From Candidatus Fervidifonticultor quintus (GTDB taxonomy: Bacteria; Sysuimicrobiota; Sysuimicrobiia; Sysuimicrobiales; Humicultoraceae): 52,107 nt of DNA. Every line of letters begins with the position of its first letter. Position 1 is the first letter of the stretch. Made by a program: the position numbers and the translations under genes. Below the pieces are notes generated by a model, which ran no database searches, had not been told where the DNA came from, and saw only the letters and a list, made by a program, of their open reading frames with translations. This document shows positions 1 through 9,232 of this stretch, in pieces. Location: contig JAVKIJ010000011.1 of NCBI GenBank assembly GCA_031459535.1, positions 1-52,107 on the forward strand. The letters are read 5' to 3'.

Positions 1-2
1 GT

Positions 3-167
3 TACTACCCGATGGCCATCATCATCGCGCTGCTCATCCGCCGCGGTCACGTCGGACCGCTGGACGATCTGTCGCCCCTGTCGCCCTCGCGGCGCATCAT
101 GGCGGCCGCGCTGGTCGCCATCTTCGTCTTGAGCGCCGTCGTCCTGCGCCCGTTTACCGGGCTCTGA
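3..167 (+). CDS. C-terminal fragment of a membrane protein, probably a site-2 (M50 family) protease
   Basis: Frame open from window edge: YYPMAIIIALLIRRGHVGPLDDLSPLSPSRRIMAAALVAIFVLSAV...*; the H-x-x-PLDD-x-S/T-PL...RR + TM tail resembles M50 protease C-termini. Confidence 0.5.
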   Translation, partial: YYPMAIIIALLIRRGHVGPLDDLSPLSPSRRIMAAALVAIFVLSAVVLRPFTGL

Positions 168-173
168 CGGGCC

Positions 174-1373
174 GTGAAGCTCCTCGAGCGGCGCCCACCA
201 GCCGACTCCCGTGCCGGTCGCTGGCGCCGGGCGGCGCTGGCGGTCTTCCGTAAGGAGATGATCGAGACGCTGCGGGACCGCCGGACGCTCGTGGCCGCCG
301 TGCTGCTGCCTGCGCTGACCATGCCGCTGGTGGTGCTCGTGGCCCCTGCCCTGGCCCAGCGGCAGCAGGAGGCGTGGCAGCAACGACCCGTACGGGTCGC
401 GGTCCAGGACGACGCATGGGGGCCCCTGGTTGCGGCCGGCGGCCGTACAGGCTCGGTGAGGGTGCAGGCCGTTGCCGATCCCCAGACCGCGCTGCTGCGC
501 GGTCAGATTGAGGCGGTGCTCAGCCGTGACGCCCGGCGCGAGGGGCTGCTGCTGGTCCTCTACGACGAGAGCCGGCCGGCCTCGGTGGCCGCGGCGCGGA
601 GCGTGGCGGCGCTGGCCGCCCAAACTCTCGGGCGGGGACCAGGCGCCGGCTCGCCAGGGTGGGGTGCGGACCTAGATCGGCCCGTGGGGATCGAAGTGCG
701 GAACATTGCCACGCCGGAGCGGATGGGTGGCGCCCTGCTGGCCTCGGCGCTTCCCCTCTTCTTGGCGGTCTGGTTGCTCCTCGGCGGACAGCATGCAGCT
801 CTGGACGTGGGCGCCGGAGAGCGGGAGCGCGGGACGCTCGAGCCGCTGTTGGCCATGCCGGCCGCCCGGTCTGCCCTGGTCGCCGGCAAGTTCCTGGCCG
901 TGCTGGCGCCTGCAGTGCTCGCCCTCATCGTGATGCTGTCCAGCGGCACCGGTGCCCTGGTCGCCGGTGGTGGGCTGCTGATGACCGGCCCGGTCAGGGT
1001 GGCCGTGCGGCCCACCACCGCCGGCCTGGTCATGGCCGTGGGGGTCGCCCTAGCCGTCCTGCTGTCCGCCGCCCAGCTCGCGGTCAGCCTCGCCTCCCGG
1101 ACGCTGCGGGAGGCCCAGCAGGCGTTCACCGGCCTCTATCTCGTGGTGGCCCTGCCGGCCATGCTGGCACCCCTGGCCGCCGATGCCCTCGACCACTCCT
1201 GGGTTCCGCTGGTGCCGGTGCTCAACGCCGTGTGGGCCATCCGGGCGCTTCTGCTTGAGAGTGCCGCTCCCCCGGCGCTGGCCGCGACCATTGGGTCCAC
1301 CCTCGGCCTGGCCGTCCCGATCCTGGCGTGGACGGGCTGGCTGCTCGGCCGACACGGGCGCCTGAATCGGTGA
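174..1373 (+). CDS. ABC-2 type exporter permease, NatB-like
   Basis: [15 protein letters not shown]-terminal motif, [12 protein letters not shown] and LVAGKFLAV motifs, multiple TM helices. Confidence 0.85.
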   Translation: MKLLERRPPADSRAGRWRRAALAVFRKEMIETLRDRRTLVAAVLLPALTMPLVVLVAPALAQRQQEAWQQRPVRVAVQDDAWGPLVAAGGRTGSVRVQAVADPQTALLRGQIEAVLSRDARREGLLLVLYDESRPASVAAARSVAALAAQTLGRGPGAGSPGWGADLDRPVGIEVRNIATPERMGGALLASALPLFLAVWLLLGGQHAALDVGAGERERGTLEPLLAMPAARSALVAGKFLAVLAPAVLALIVMLSSGTGALVAGGGLLMTGPVRVAVRPTTAGLVMAVGVALAVLLSAAQLAVSLASRTLREAQQAFTGLYLVVALPAMLAPLAADALDHSWVPLVPVLNAVWAIRALLLESAAPPALAATIGSTLGLAVPILAWTGWLLGRHGRLNR

Positions 1374-1398
1374 TCGGGTTGCGCGCGGGGCAGAAAGC

Positions 1399-1432
1399 GG
1401 GCGCCCGGGGGCGCGTGCGCCCCCGGGCGCCC
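1399..1432. terminator. GC-rich inverted repeat (16-bp arms), probable terminator or stabilising hairpin
   Basis: gggcgcccgggggcgc-gt-gcgcccccgggcgccc after the permease stop; no clear U-tract. Confidence 0.5.
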
Positions 1433-1443
1433 CAGTTCCGGCG

Positions 1444-1472
1444 TTGACACCCCAGATTTTGGGACATAGAAT
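1444..1472 (+). promoter_or_regulatory. sigma70/sigmaA promoter of nrdR-nrdJ
   Basis: TTGACA (1444-1449), 17 nt, TAGAAT (1467-1472). Confidence 0.85.
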
Positions 1473-1495
1473 CGTCGTGCCTCTACATGTGGGGC
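1449..1495 (+). promoter_or_regulatory. Tandem NrdR boxes
   Basis: accCcAgATtTtGgga (1449-1464) and cctCtAcATgTgGggc (1480-1495) both fit the CnAnATnTnG core, 31 bp apart, overlapping the promoter. Confidence 0.85.
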
Positions 1496-1500
1496 TACCC

Positions 1501-2022
1501 ATGCGATGCCCCTTGTGCGGTCACGAAGAGAGTAAGGTCCTGGATTCCCGTCCGGTCCTCGATGGACGGGCGATTCGGCGCCGCCGGGAGTGCCTCAAGT
1601 GCCAGAGGCGGTTCACCACGTATGAGCGCGCCGACCTGGCACCGCTCATGGTGGTCAAGCGGGATGGCCGCCGGGAGCCCTTCGACCGGGCCAAGGTGTT
1701 GGGCGGTGTGACCCGCGCCTGCGGAAAGCGGCCCATCTCCGTGGAAGCCATGGACGCGCTGGTGGACGACGTCGAGCGCGAGCTCCGGCAGATGGGCGGG
1801 CAGGAAGTGACGTCGGCCGCCATTGGCGATCTGGTGATGGAGCGCCTGCGGCGGCTCGATGAAGTCGCCTACGTGCGCTTTGCCTCAGAGCACCGCCGGT
1901 TCCGCGATGTGGAGTCGCTCGCGGAAGAAATTGAAACCCTCAAAGCCCGTAAACGCCGCGAAGACGAGGCCCGCGATCAGGTACCCTTGATCACCCTACC
2001 GGACGCGCGACGCGGCCGGTAG
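1501..2022 (+). CDS. nrdR: Transcriptional repressor NrdR
   Basis: MRCPLCG...DSR...[16 protein letters not shown] zinc ribbon followed by an ATP-cone ([15 protein letters not shown]). Confidence 0.97.
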   Translation: MRCPLCGHEESKVLDSRPVLDGRAIRRRRECLKCQRRFTTYERADLAPLMVVKRDGRREPFDRAKVLGGVTRACGKRPISVEAMDALVDDVERELRQMGGQEVTSAAIGDLVMERLRRLDEVAYVRFASEHRRFRDVESLAEEIETLKARKRREDEARDQVPLITLPDARRGR

Positions 2023-2043
2023 ATACCTGCGTGGAGGTGACCC

Positions 2044-4503
2044 ATGGAAGCCGCATCGTCCTCTTCGACTCAATCTCCCTCGCGACCCGCCACCGACCTG
2101 CCAGCGGAGACGCTTGCGGCTTTCGGGGGAGATGAACTCCGCGCACGCGTGTTCCACGACAAGTACGCGCTGCGCGACCGCGATGGGACCGTCCTGGAGC
2201 ACACCCCTGACCAGATGTGGCTGCGGATCGCCCGCGAGCTGGCATCGGTCGAAGCGCCGGAGAAGCGCGCAGAGTGGACGGCCAACTTCCGGTGGCTGCT
2301 TGGGGACTTCCGGTTCGTCCCCGGCGGCCGCATCATGCACGCGGCGGGGAACCACCGACGTGTGACGGCCCTGAACTGCTATGTGATTCCCGTCCGGGAC
2401 GACTCCATCGAATCCATCTTCGACTGGATGAAAGAGGCGGCGCGCACGTACAGCCTGGGCGGCGGTGTAGGCACCGACATCTCCGTGTTGCGGCCGCGGG
2501 GGGCACCGGTCAACAACGCCGCCCGCAGCAGCACCGGGTCGGTCTCGTTCATGGAGTTGTTCTCGCTGACCACGGGTACCATCGGGCAGTCGGGACGGCG
2601 CGGGGCGCTGATGATCACCATCGCCGACAACCATCCTGACCTGTTGGACTTCATCACGGTGAAGCGCAACCTGACCAGGGTGCGCTACGCCAACATCAGC
2701 GTGCGGGTGTCCGATGCCTTCATGCGCGCCGTGGAAGAAGACGGAACCTACGACCTGGTCTTCGAGAACGAACGCGCGACGCTGCGGCGCACCGTGCGCG
2801 CCCGCGAGGTCTGGCACGAGTTGATCCAGGGCGCCCGCGACTACGCCGAGCCAGGGGTCATCTTCTGGGATACCGTCAAGCGGTGGTCCACCTCGGAGTA
2901 CAACGGGATGGGCGTGATGACCACGAATCCCTGTTCGGAGATACCCCTGGAACCCTACGGGTGTTGCTGCCTGGGCAACGTGAACTTGGCCCGGTTCGTG
3001 CGCGACGAGTTCACCTCGCAGGCCCGCGTGGACTGGGACCACCTGGAACGCGCGCTGCGGTACGCGACCCGCTTCCTGGACAACGTGCTGGACTACAATG
3101 CCGAGCGCCACCCGCTGCCGCAGCAGCGGGTGGCCAGCCTGTACTCTCGGCGGATCGGTGTGGGGTTCACCGGGTTGGGCGACATGCTGATCATGCTGGG
3201 GTTGCGCTACGACAGCGAGGCCGCCATCTCGTTTGCCGATGGTCTGTTCGATCGGATCAAGAACACGGTCTACGACGAGAGCGTCAACCTGGCCACCGAG
3301 AAGGGGCCGTTTGCCGGCTATGACGCCGAGCAACACATGCGGTCGCCGTTCATCCAGATGCTGGCCCCACGGGTTCGCGAGCGCATCGAGCGTCACGGGT
3401 TGCGAAATGTGGCGCTGCTGACCGTCCCACCGGTCGGTAGCGGTGCCGCTCTGGCCGGCGTGACCAGCGGCATCGAGCCCATCTTCGACCTCTCCTACAT
3501 CCGGCGCTCCGAGTCGCTCTCCCAGGAGGTCTTCACCGTCTACCACCCGCTGGTCCGGGAGTACATGCGGCGGTTTGGGATCGAACGTGAGGAAGATCTG
3601 CCCGAGCAGTTCGTCACCGCCCATCAGATCAGGCCGGAGATGCGGGTGAAGATGCAGGCGACGATCCAGCGGCACATCGACCACGCCATCTCGTCCACGG
3701 TAAACCTGCCCCACGATGTGACCCCCGAGGAGGTCGAACGCATCTACTTTCTGGCCTGGAAGCTGGGCGCGAAGGGCATCACGGTCTATCGCGAGGGCAG
3801 CCGCGAGGGCATCCTGATCACCGAGGAGCAGGCCAAGGCGCGGTCCGCACCCGCGACCCTGCCGGGTACTGCGCTGAACGCCGCGCAGCGGGCGCAGCCT
3901 CGGGTACGACCCAAGGTGACCGCGGGCCGCACAGAACGCATCGAGACCCCCCGCGGGCGCGTCTACGTCGTCATCAACGAGGACGAGCTGGGTATCTGTG
4001 AGGTCTTCGTGCACTCCCTGGACGTGGAGGCCGAGGGCATCGGCCGCATGGCTTCCCTGGCACTGCGCAGCGGGCTCGACCCGCGCGAGGTCATCGAGCA
4101 ACTGTGGCGCGTGCAGAGCAAGGAAGTGGCCTTTGATCGGTCGGCCGACGGGACGGTGGTCCGGGTGTCCACCATCGCCCAGGCCGTTGCCCTGGCCCTG
4201 GGCCGCGCGCTCTACGGCGACGGCTTCCGCCCCGACAAGGCCTTTCCGCGGGCCGACGCGTTGCCCGAGCCGGGCCCTCGCGCGCGGCAGGAGATTCTGC
4301 GGTTCGGTCCGCCGCCCGAACCGGCGGCGCGGTCATCGGCGGCCCCCGTAGCCGGCGGTGCGCAGGGCGGAAACGGACACACCTGGTTGGTCGAGTCGGC
4401 CATCGGCCTGGAGTTCGTCGGGATCTGCCCGGACTGCGGGTCGTCCCTCGTTCACGAGAACGGTTGCGCCACCTGTCGCCAGTGCGGCTACTCAAGGTGC
4501 TGA
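2044..4503 (+). CDS. nrdJ: Adenosylcobalamin-dependent (class II) ribonucleotide reductase with C-terminal TSCPD-like domain and Zn ribbon
   Basis: PGGRI, NCYV, GGGVG, RRGA, TNPCSE, RRIGVG, SGIEP, ISSTVN, KGITVYR motifs; terminal CPDC...CATCRQC. Confidence 0.93.
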   Translation: MEAASSSSTQSPSRPATDLPAETLAAFGGDELRARVFHDKYALRDRDGTVLEHTPDQMWLRIARELASVEAPEKRAEWTANFRWLLGDFRFVPGGRIMHAAGNHRRVTALNCYVIPVRDDSIESIFDWMKEAARTYSLGGGVGTDISVLRPRGAPVNNAARSSTGSVSFMELFSLTTGTIGQSGRRGALMITIADNHPDLLDFITVKRNLTRVRYANISVRVSDAFMRAVEEDGTYDLVFENERATLRRTVRAREVWHELIQGARDYAEPGVIFWDTVKRWSTSEYNGMGVMTTNPCSEIPLEPYGCCCLGNVNLARFVRDEFTSQARVDWDHLERALRYATRFLDNVLDYNAERHPLPQQRVASLYSRRIGVGFTGLGDMLIMLGLRYDSEAAISFADGLFDRIKNTVYDESVNLATEKGPFAGYDAEQHMRSPFIQMLAPRVRERIERHGLRNVALLTVPPVGSGAALAGVTSGIEPIFDLSYIRRSESLSQEVFTVYHPLVREYMRRFGIEREEDLPEQFVTAHQIRPEMRVKMQATIQRHIDHAISSTVNLPHDVTPEEVERIYFLAWKLGAKGITVYREGSREGILITEEQAKARSAPATLPGTALNAAQRAQPRVRPKVTAGRTERIETPRGRVYVVINEDELGICEVFVHSLDVEAEGIGRMASLALRSGLDPREVIEQLWRVQSKEVAFDRSADGTVVRVSTIAQAVALALGRALYGDGFRPDKAFPRADALPEPGPRARQEILRFGPPPEPAARSSAAPVAGGAQGGNGHTWLVESAIGLEFVGICPDCGSSLVHENGCATCRQCGYSRC

Positions 4504-4521
4504 TCGGGCAAATCGCCGACA

Positions 4522-4546
4522 AGGACTCATCCTCTGCGGGTCGAAA
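4522..4546 (+). promoter_or_regulatory. Putative sigma-H-like promoter
   Basis: AGGACTC-N11-GTCGAAA upstream of the secreted-protein gene. Confidence 0.55.
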
Positions 4547-4655
4547 CCTTACGGCCAAACTGCTCGGGGCGCGACGGTCGGCTGCGCCGAGGCCAGAGCG
4601 GGCCGTCGGAGGGTCGCAAGCCCGCCCCGCAGCGTGGACAGAGGGGGTTTCCACC

Positions 4656-5186
4656 ATGAGAAGGCGGGTTTCGATTATCGGTCTGTTGATAGTGCTCGGC
4701 GTGGCACTCGTGCCTGCGGGTGCCCAGCCGGCCACGCAACCGCCCGGCCCGGCCAACTATATCATCGTGCCCGGGCATGCCGTCGGCGACATCCAGCTTG
4801 GGATGAGCCAACGGCAGGTGCTGAACCGGCTGGGCATGCCAGACGAGATCTCCAATGATCGGGGCGGCGACGGCGGTCTCAACGTCTACTGGATCTATCC
4901 GCAGGGCGAGCGGTCGGTGCTGGTGGTCTCGTGGACCAAGCGCCAGGGCGAAGCCGGCGGCGTGGACTTCATCTACACCGACGCCCCTCGGTATGTCACT
5001 AGCAAGGGCATTGCCATGCACAACTCCGGCTTTAAGGAGATCCTGGCCCAGTACGGGGCGCCCGAGCGCCTGGCGGGGGCCGGGCGGGGCTCGGTCATGC
5101 TCTACTACGAGTCCCTGGGCATCCGATTCCGCGTCGAAGGCGATGGCGGTCGAGTGACGGCCATCACCGTGGTGCCGCGGAAGTAG
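4656..5186 (+). CDS. Secreted/periplasmic protein of unknown function (two repeated G-x-x-LG...V...G-x-P units, BLIP/SmpA-like)
   Basis: SD-like gagggg, signal peptide MRRRVSIIGLLIVLGVALVPAGA-Q; units GDIQLGMSQRQVLNRLGMPD and KGIAM...EILAQYGAPE. Confidence 0.75.
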   Translation: MRRRVSIIGLLIVLGVALVPAGAQPATQPPGPANYIIVPGHAVGDIQLGMSQRQVLNRLGMPDEISNDRGGDGGLNVYWIYPQGERSVLVVSWTKRQGEAGGVDFIYTDAPRYVTSKGIAMHNSGFKEILAQYGAPERLAGAGRGSVMLYYESLGIRFRVEGDGGRVTAITVVPRK

Positions 5187-5305
5187 GCCCCCATCCCGCG
5201 CAGAGCATGGCGCACGCCCGGGTGATCCTGGTATCCTAAGACCGGGGTGGCAGACCGAAGAGAGACCGATGGGACGGCGGTACCGTTCCGCTGGAGGTGG
5301 AGTGC

Positions 5306-6286
5306 GTGAGTGTGTCGCGCTGGATGGTCGTCGCCTTGACGGCGGTGCTGATCGGCGCATTGGCAGGTCTCATCCCGGAGCCGACGTCCGGCCAGACGAA
5401 GCTCGTGATGGCCTTCGTTCCATCGTCGGACGCCCAACGCGTCCTCGCCAGTGGCTCGACGGTCGCGCGCATGCTGGAGGTGGCGACCGGCTACAGCATC
5501 GAGGCCACCGTGCCCACCAGCTATGCGGCCACCATCGAGGCCCTGTGCGCGGGGCGGGTCCACATCGCCTGGTTCGCGCCCACGGCCTACGTGCTGGGCA
5601 ACGCCCGGTGTGGTGCCGAGGTGGGCCTCATCGCCGTCCGGGCGGGCCTGCCCTACTACGGTTCACAGATCATGGCGCGCGCCGATCTGGGGGCGAAGAG
5701 TCTCGCAGACCTGAAGGGCAAGCGGTTTGCGGTTGTGGACCCCGCCTCGACATCGGGCTACATCTGGCCCATGGTGTACATCAAGAAGAAGGGGTACGAT
5801 CCGAACACCTTCTTCAGCCAGGTAGTCCAGGCCGGGGGCCACGACAAGGTGGTCATCGCCATCTACCAGGGCAGCGTCGACGCCGGAGCGACGTACGGCG
5901 ATGACCTGACGGGCCGGCCGGAACTGGAGGCCCGCGAGCGGGCGGTCCGGCAATTCCCGGACGTCAGGCAGAAGGTCGTGGTGGTCGAGTACGTGAAGCC
6001 GCCGGTCCTGGGCTACATCCCCAACGACACGGTGAGCTTCCGCAAGGAGCTGCCCGCCGAGGTCAAGGAGCGCATCGTCAAGGCCCTGTTCCGCATCGCG
6101 GAGACGGCGCCGGGCAGGGAAGCGGTCTTCGCCCTCTATCAGCACGAGGGGTACGCGGACTACGACGCATTGATCAAGAAGTATCGGGTCGATCCGCGAC
6201 AGACCAAGAGCCTGGACGCCTACTTCGACCCGATCCGGGATGCGGTCAAACTGCTCGGCATTGATCTGACCAAGATCGTCCGCTAG
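5306..6286 (+). CDS. phnD: Phosphate/phosphite/phosphonate ABC transporter substrate-binding protein (PhnD family)
   Basis: Signal peptide, SYAATIEAL, DPASTSGY, GGHD, IPND motifs; GGAGGT SD before GTG 5306. Confidence 0.88.
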   Translation: MSVSRWMVVALTAVLIGALAGLIPEPTSGQTKLVMAFVPSSDAQRVLASGSTVARMLEVATGYSIEATVPTSYAATIEALCAGRVHIAWFAPTAYVLGNARCGAEVGLIAVRAGLPYYGSQIMARADLGAKSLADLKGKRFAVVDPASTSGYIWPMVYIKKKGYDPNTFFSQVVQAGGHDKVVIAIYQGSVDAGATYGDDLTGRPELEARERAVRQFPDVRQKVVVVEYVKPPVLGYIPNDTVSFRKELPAEVKERIVKALFRIAETAPGREAVFALYQHEGYADYDALIKKYRVDPRQTKSLDAYFDPIRDAVKLLGIDLTKIVR

Positions 6287-6363
6287 CACGGGCCGGCCAG
6301 TCTGCCGGCAGCGTGGGGAGGGTAGCAGACGACCCCGTCCCCGTGTCGCGTCGGAGCTGAGGC

Positions 6364-7134
6364 ATGCCGGGCGCCGCGGTGCGCGTGGAGCACCTGACAA
6401 AGATCTACCCCGACGGGACCCGAGCCCTCAACGATGTCAGCTTCGAGGTCCGGCCGGGCGACTTCCTCATCGTCATCGGCCTCTCGGGATCGGGGAAATC
6501 CACCCTGATGCGCTGCATCAACCGCCTCATCGAGCCCACCAGCGGCAAGGTGTACATCGATGATGTGGACGTCACCGCCCTGTCACCTCACGAGATGCGG
6601 AAGCTGCGCCGACAGATCGGGATGGTCTTCCAGCAGTTCAACCTCATCAAGCGGTCGAGCGTCCTCACCAACGTGCTGGCCGGCCGCCTGGGCTATATCC
6701 CCTCGTCCTGGGCACTGGTCGACTACTGGCCGCGCGACCTCCGAGCGCAGGCACTCCGGCACCTGACGACCGTGGGCATCCCCGAGAAGGCCTACGTACG
6801 GGCTGACCAGCTCTCCGGTGGGCAGCAGCAACGGGTGGGGATCGCCCGGGCCTTGATGCAGGATCCCAAGCTGATCCTGGCCGACGAGCCGGTGGCGAGC
6901 CTCGACCCTGCCACATCCCACTCGGTACTGCAGTATATCGAGGCGCTAAACAGGAATGACGGCATCACGGTCATGTGCAGCCTGCACTTTCTCAGCCTGG
7001 CGCGCCGTTATGGCACCCGGGTGGTGGCGCTCAAGGCGGGCGAGATCGTCTTCCAAGGCGTCCCGTCCGATATCGACGAGCACCGTTTCAAGGAAATCTT
7101 CGGCGAAGATGCCGTGGAGGTCGAAATCCGCTAG
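6364..7134 (+). CDS. phnC: Phosphonate ABC transporter ATP-binding protein
   Basis: [39 protein letters not shown]. Confidence 0.92.
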   Translation: MPGAAVRVEHLTKIYPDGTRALNDVSFEVRPGDFLIVIGLSGSGKSTLMRCINRLIEPTSGKVYIDDVDVTALSPHEMRKLRRQIGMVFQQFNLIKRSSVLTNVLAGRLGYIPSSWALVDYWPRDLRAQALRHLTTVGIPEKAYVRADQLSGGQQQRVGIARALMQDPKLILADEPVASLDPATSHSVLQYIEALNRNDGITVMCSLHFLSLARRYGTRVVALKAGEIVFQGVPSDIDEHRFKEIFGEDAVEVEIR

Positions 7135-7164
7135 ACCCCGCCGCGAGGGCGGCTCCAATGAGGG

Positions 7165-8340
7165 GTGAACATGGGACGCAACGCCACCGCACAACCTGTC
7201 CCCCGCGCGCCCGACGTCTCGCGGCCCGGGGCCCGCGTGCTGCGGGTGCTGGCCTGGCTGGTCGTGCTGGGCGTAATCTACGCGTATGGCTGGAAGGTCA
7301 CCCAGATCAACCTGGGTGAACTGGTCAGCAAGGCCCACCTGGCCAAGCCCCTGCTCGTTGACCTGATTCGCCCGGATCTGATCGTCCGCGAGCCACGCCT
7401 GGAGGTGGCAGACGCCGGGATAGGGCTGGACGGCGCAGCCCCGCCCCCGCCGGAGTCGCGGCGCCGCCAGGGGCGACTGACCGTGACGCCGGCGTCGACG
7501 AAGATCGGTGAGCCGATCACCATCGAGGGCGCTGGCTTCGCCCCATCGCGGCCGGTGGGGTTGTTCTGGAAGGACCAGGCAGGGGCCGAGGCGTCGCTGG
7601 CCACGGTCACGACGGACAGCGCCGGGCGGTTCCAGGTCACCCTGACCGTTCCGGATGTCATCGGCACGACACACCACATCATCGCCCGCGTACGGTTGGA
7701 GGGCACGCGCGTTGCCCTCAGCAATACCCTGATGCTGACCCTCTTCCGGATGGTCGAGACGGTCTTCCTGGCCCTGATGGGGACCACGATGGCTGTGGTC
7801 TTCGCCGTACCCCTGTCGTTCTTGGGCGCGAAGAACCTGATGGCGCGCGGGCCGCTCTTCATGGCGGTCTACTACGGCATCCGCACGGTCTTCAACATCG
7901 CCCGATCCATCGAGCCGCTGATCATGGCCACGGTCTTCGCGGTGTGGGTCGGCATCGGGCCGTTCGCCGGGGTGCTAGCGCTGGGCGTCCACTCCATCGC
8001 CTCGTTGGGGAAGCTGTACTCCGAGCAGATCGAGTCCATTGACCCGGGCCCCATCGAGGCCATCACGGCCACCGGGGCCACCATGCTCCAGGTCGTGCGG
8101 TACGGGGTCGTGCCGCAGATCGTGCCGCCGTTCATCGCGTTCACCATCTACCGCTGGGACATCAACGTGCGGATGTCGACGGTCATCGGGTTCGTGGGCG
8201 GCGGCGGCCTCGGCTTCCTGCTGTACCAGTACATCAACCTGCTCCAGTGGCGGCAGGCGGCCACCGCGGTTTGGGCGATCACCGCCGTCGTGGCCCTGAT
8301 GGACTACCTCAGCGCCAGGGTGCGCGAGAAGGTGGTCTAG
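7165..8340 (+). CDS. phnE: Phosphonate ABC transporter permease with an inserted extracytoplasmic beta-rich domain
   Basis: C-terminal PhnE core (GPFAGVLAL, GKLYSEQIESID.GPIEA, WDINVR.STVIG.VGGGGLG). Confidence 0.88.
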   Translation: MNMGRNATAQPVPRAPDVSRPGARVLRVLAWLVVLGVIYAYGWKVTQINLGELVSKAHLAKPLLVDLIRPDLIVREPRLEVADAGIGLDGAAPPPPESRRRQGRLTVTPASTKIGEPITIEGAGFAPSRPVGLFWKDQAGAEASLATVTTDSAGRFQVTLTVPDVIGTTHHIIARVRLEGTRVALSNTLMLTLFRMVETVFLALMGTTMAVVFAVPLSFLGAKNLMARGPLFMAVYYGIRTVFNIARSIEPLIMATVFAVWVGIGPFAGVLALGVHSIASLGKLYSEQIESIDPGPIEAITATGATMLQVVRYGVVPQIVPPFIAFTIYRWDINVRMSTVIGFVGGGGLGFLLYQYINLLQWRQAATAVWAITAVVALMDYLSARVREKVV

Positions 8341-8347
8341 CCTCACC

Positions 8348-9187
8348 ATGGGTCGGCCGGACCCGCCATCCGCCGGCGCACTGCCGCCGCTTCCCGCCGG
8401 CTGGAGGTGGGCCGCGCAGGACGGTCTGTATCTCCTGCACGCCGAGTCACTGCGTGCGCTGGGTGTGTCCCATGCCTTCACCACACGGCCGGGCGGCCGC
8501 AGCGCCGCGCCGTTTGACACCCTCAACCTGGGCCGCGGGGTCGGCGATGCCCCCGAGGCGGTGCGCCAGAACAGGACGAAAGTCCTGGCCGCACTGGGCC
8601 GGCCCCTGCGCGACCACGTGGAGGCCTCCCAGGTCCACGGCGCGAACGCCGCGATCGTGGGTGCCCTCCAACGCGGGGAGAAGATTTCCGGCGTGGACAT
8701 TCTGCTGACCCGCGACCCCGCCGTGGTCCTGGCGGTGCACTGCGCCGATTGCGTGCCGGTGCTTCTGGCCGATACGGTGCGAGGAGCGGTGGCGGCAGTG
8801 CACACCGGATGGCGAGGCGCAGCAGCAGGAGCGTCGGCGGCCGCAGTGCGGGCCATGGCCGAGGCTTTCGGCAGCCGGCCTGCGGATCTGATCGCGGCCG
8901 TGGGGCCGTCGATCGGCCCGTGCTGCTACGAGGTTGACGCGGCCGTGATGGCCGGGTTCTCGGCCTGGCCCTGGCGCGGCGACGTCTTTGTGGCCAGACG
9001 CCTCGGGCGGTGGATGCTCGACCTCTGGGAGGCCAACCGCCGGCAACTGGTCGGGGCCGGCGTGCGACCCGAGGCGGTGAGCATGGTCCGACTGTGCACC
9101 TCCTGCCATCGCGGGCTGTTCTTCTCCCACCGGCGCGACCGGGTCACCGGCCGCATGGCCGGGCTCATCGCGGTCTCGCGGCCGTAG
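8348..9187 (+). CDS. pgeF: PgeF/YfiH/YlmD (FAMIN-type) purine nucleoside phosphorylase
   Basis: FTTR.GG.S, LNLG, QVHG, ADCVPVL, HTGWRG, GPSIGPCCYEV, FFSHRR. Confidence 0.93.
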   Translation: MGRPDPPSAGALPPLPAGWRWAAQDGLYLLHAESLRALGVSHAFTTRPGGRSAAPFDTLNLGRGVGDAPEAVRQNRTKVLAALGRPLRDHVEASQVHGANAAIVGALQRGEKISGVDILLTRDPAVVLAVHCADCVPVLLADTVRGAVAAVHTGWRGAAAGASAAAVRAMAEAFGSRPADLIAAVGPSIGPCCYEVDAAVMAGFSAWPWRGDVFVARRLGRWMLDLWEANRRQLVGAGVRPEAVSMVRLCTSCHRGLFFSHRRDRVTGRMAGLIAVSRP

Positions 9188-9196
9188 GCTTCTACC

Positions 9197-9221
9197 AGGG
9201 ATTCCATCTCGGTCGCCGAAT
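9197..9221 (+). promoter_or_regulatory. Putative sigma-H-like promoter (near-leaderless yggS-sepF)
   Basis: AGGGATT-N11-GCCGAAT, 11 nt before GTG 9233. Confidence 0.6.
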
Positions 9222-9232
9222 ACCGGTCTGGC

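Noticed and set aside
1996-4101. 701-aa antisense ORF over nrdJ, and similar long antisense ORFs (15767-17494, 29390-30910, 43445-44866, 45756-47342, 50578-52026)
   Set aside because: Shadow frames caused by high-GC codon bias opposite well-supported genes; no recognisable motifs
2044-4503. Intein or intron in nrdJ
   Set aside because: Catalytic motifs are contiguous at normal spacing; no intein termini or homing endonuclease motifs seen
4504-4625. c-di-GMP-I riboswitch (GGCAAA ... GCAAGCC fragments)
   Set aside because: No GNRA-capped P2 followed by GACGCAAAGC with the right spacing; kept only as an unclassified structure
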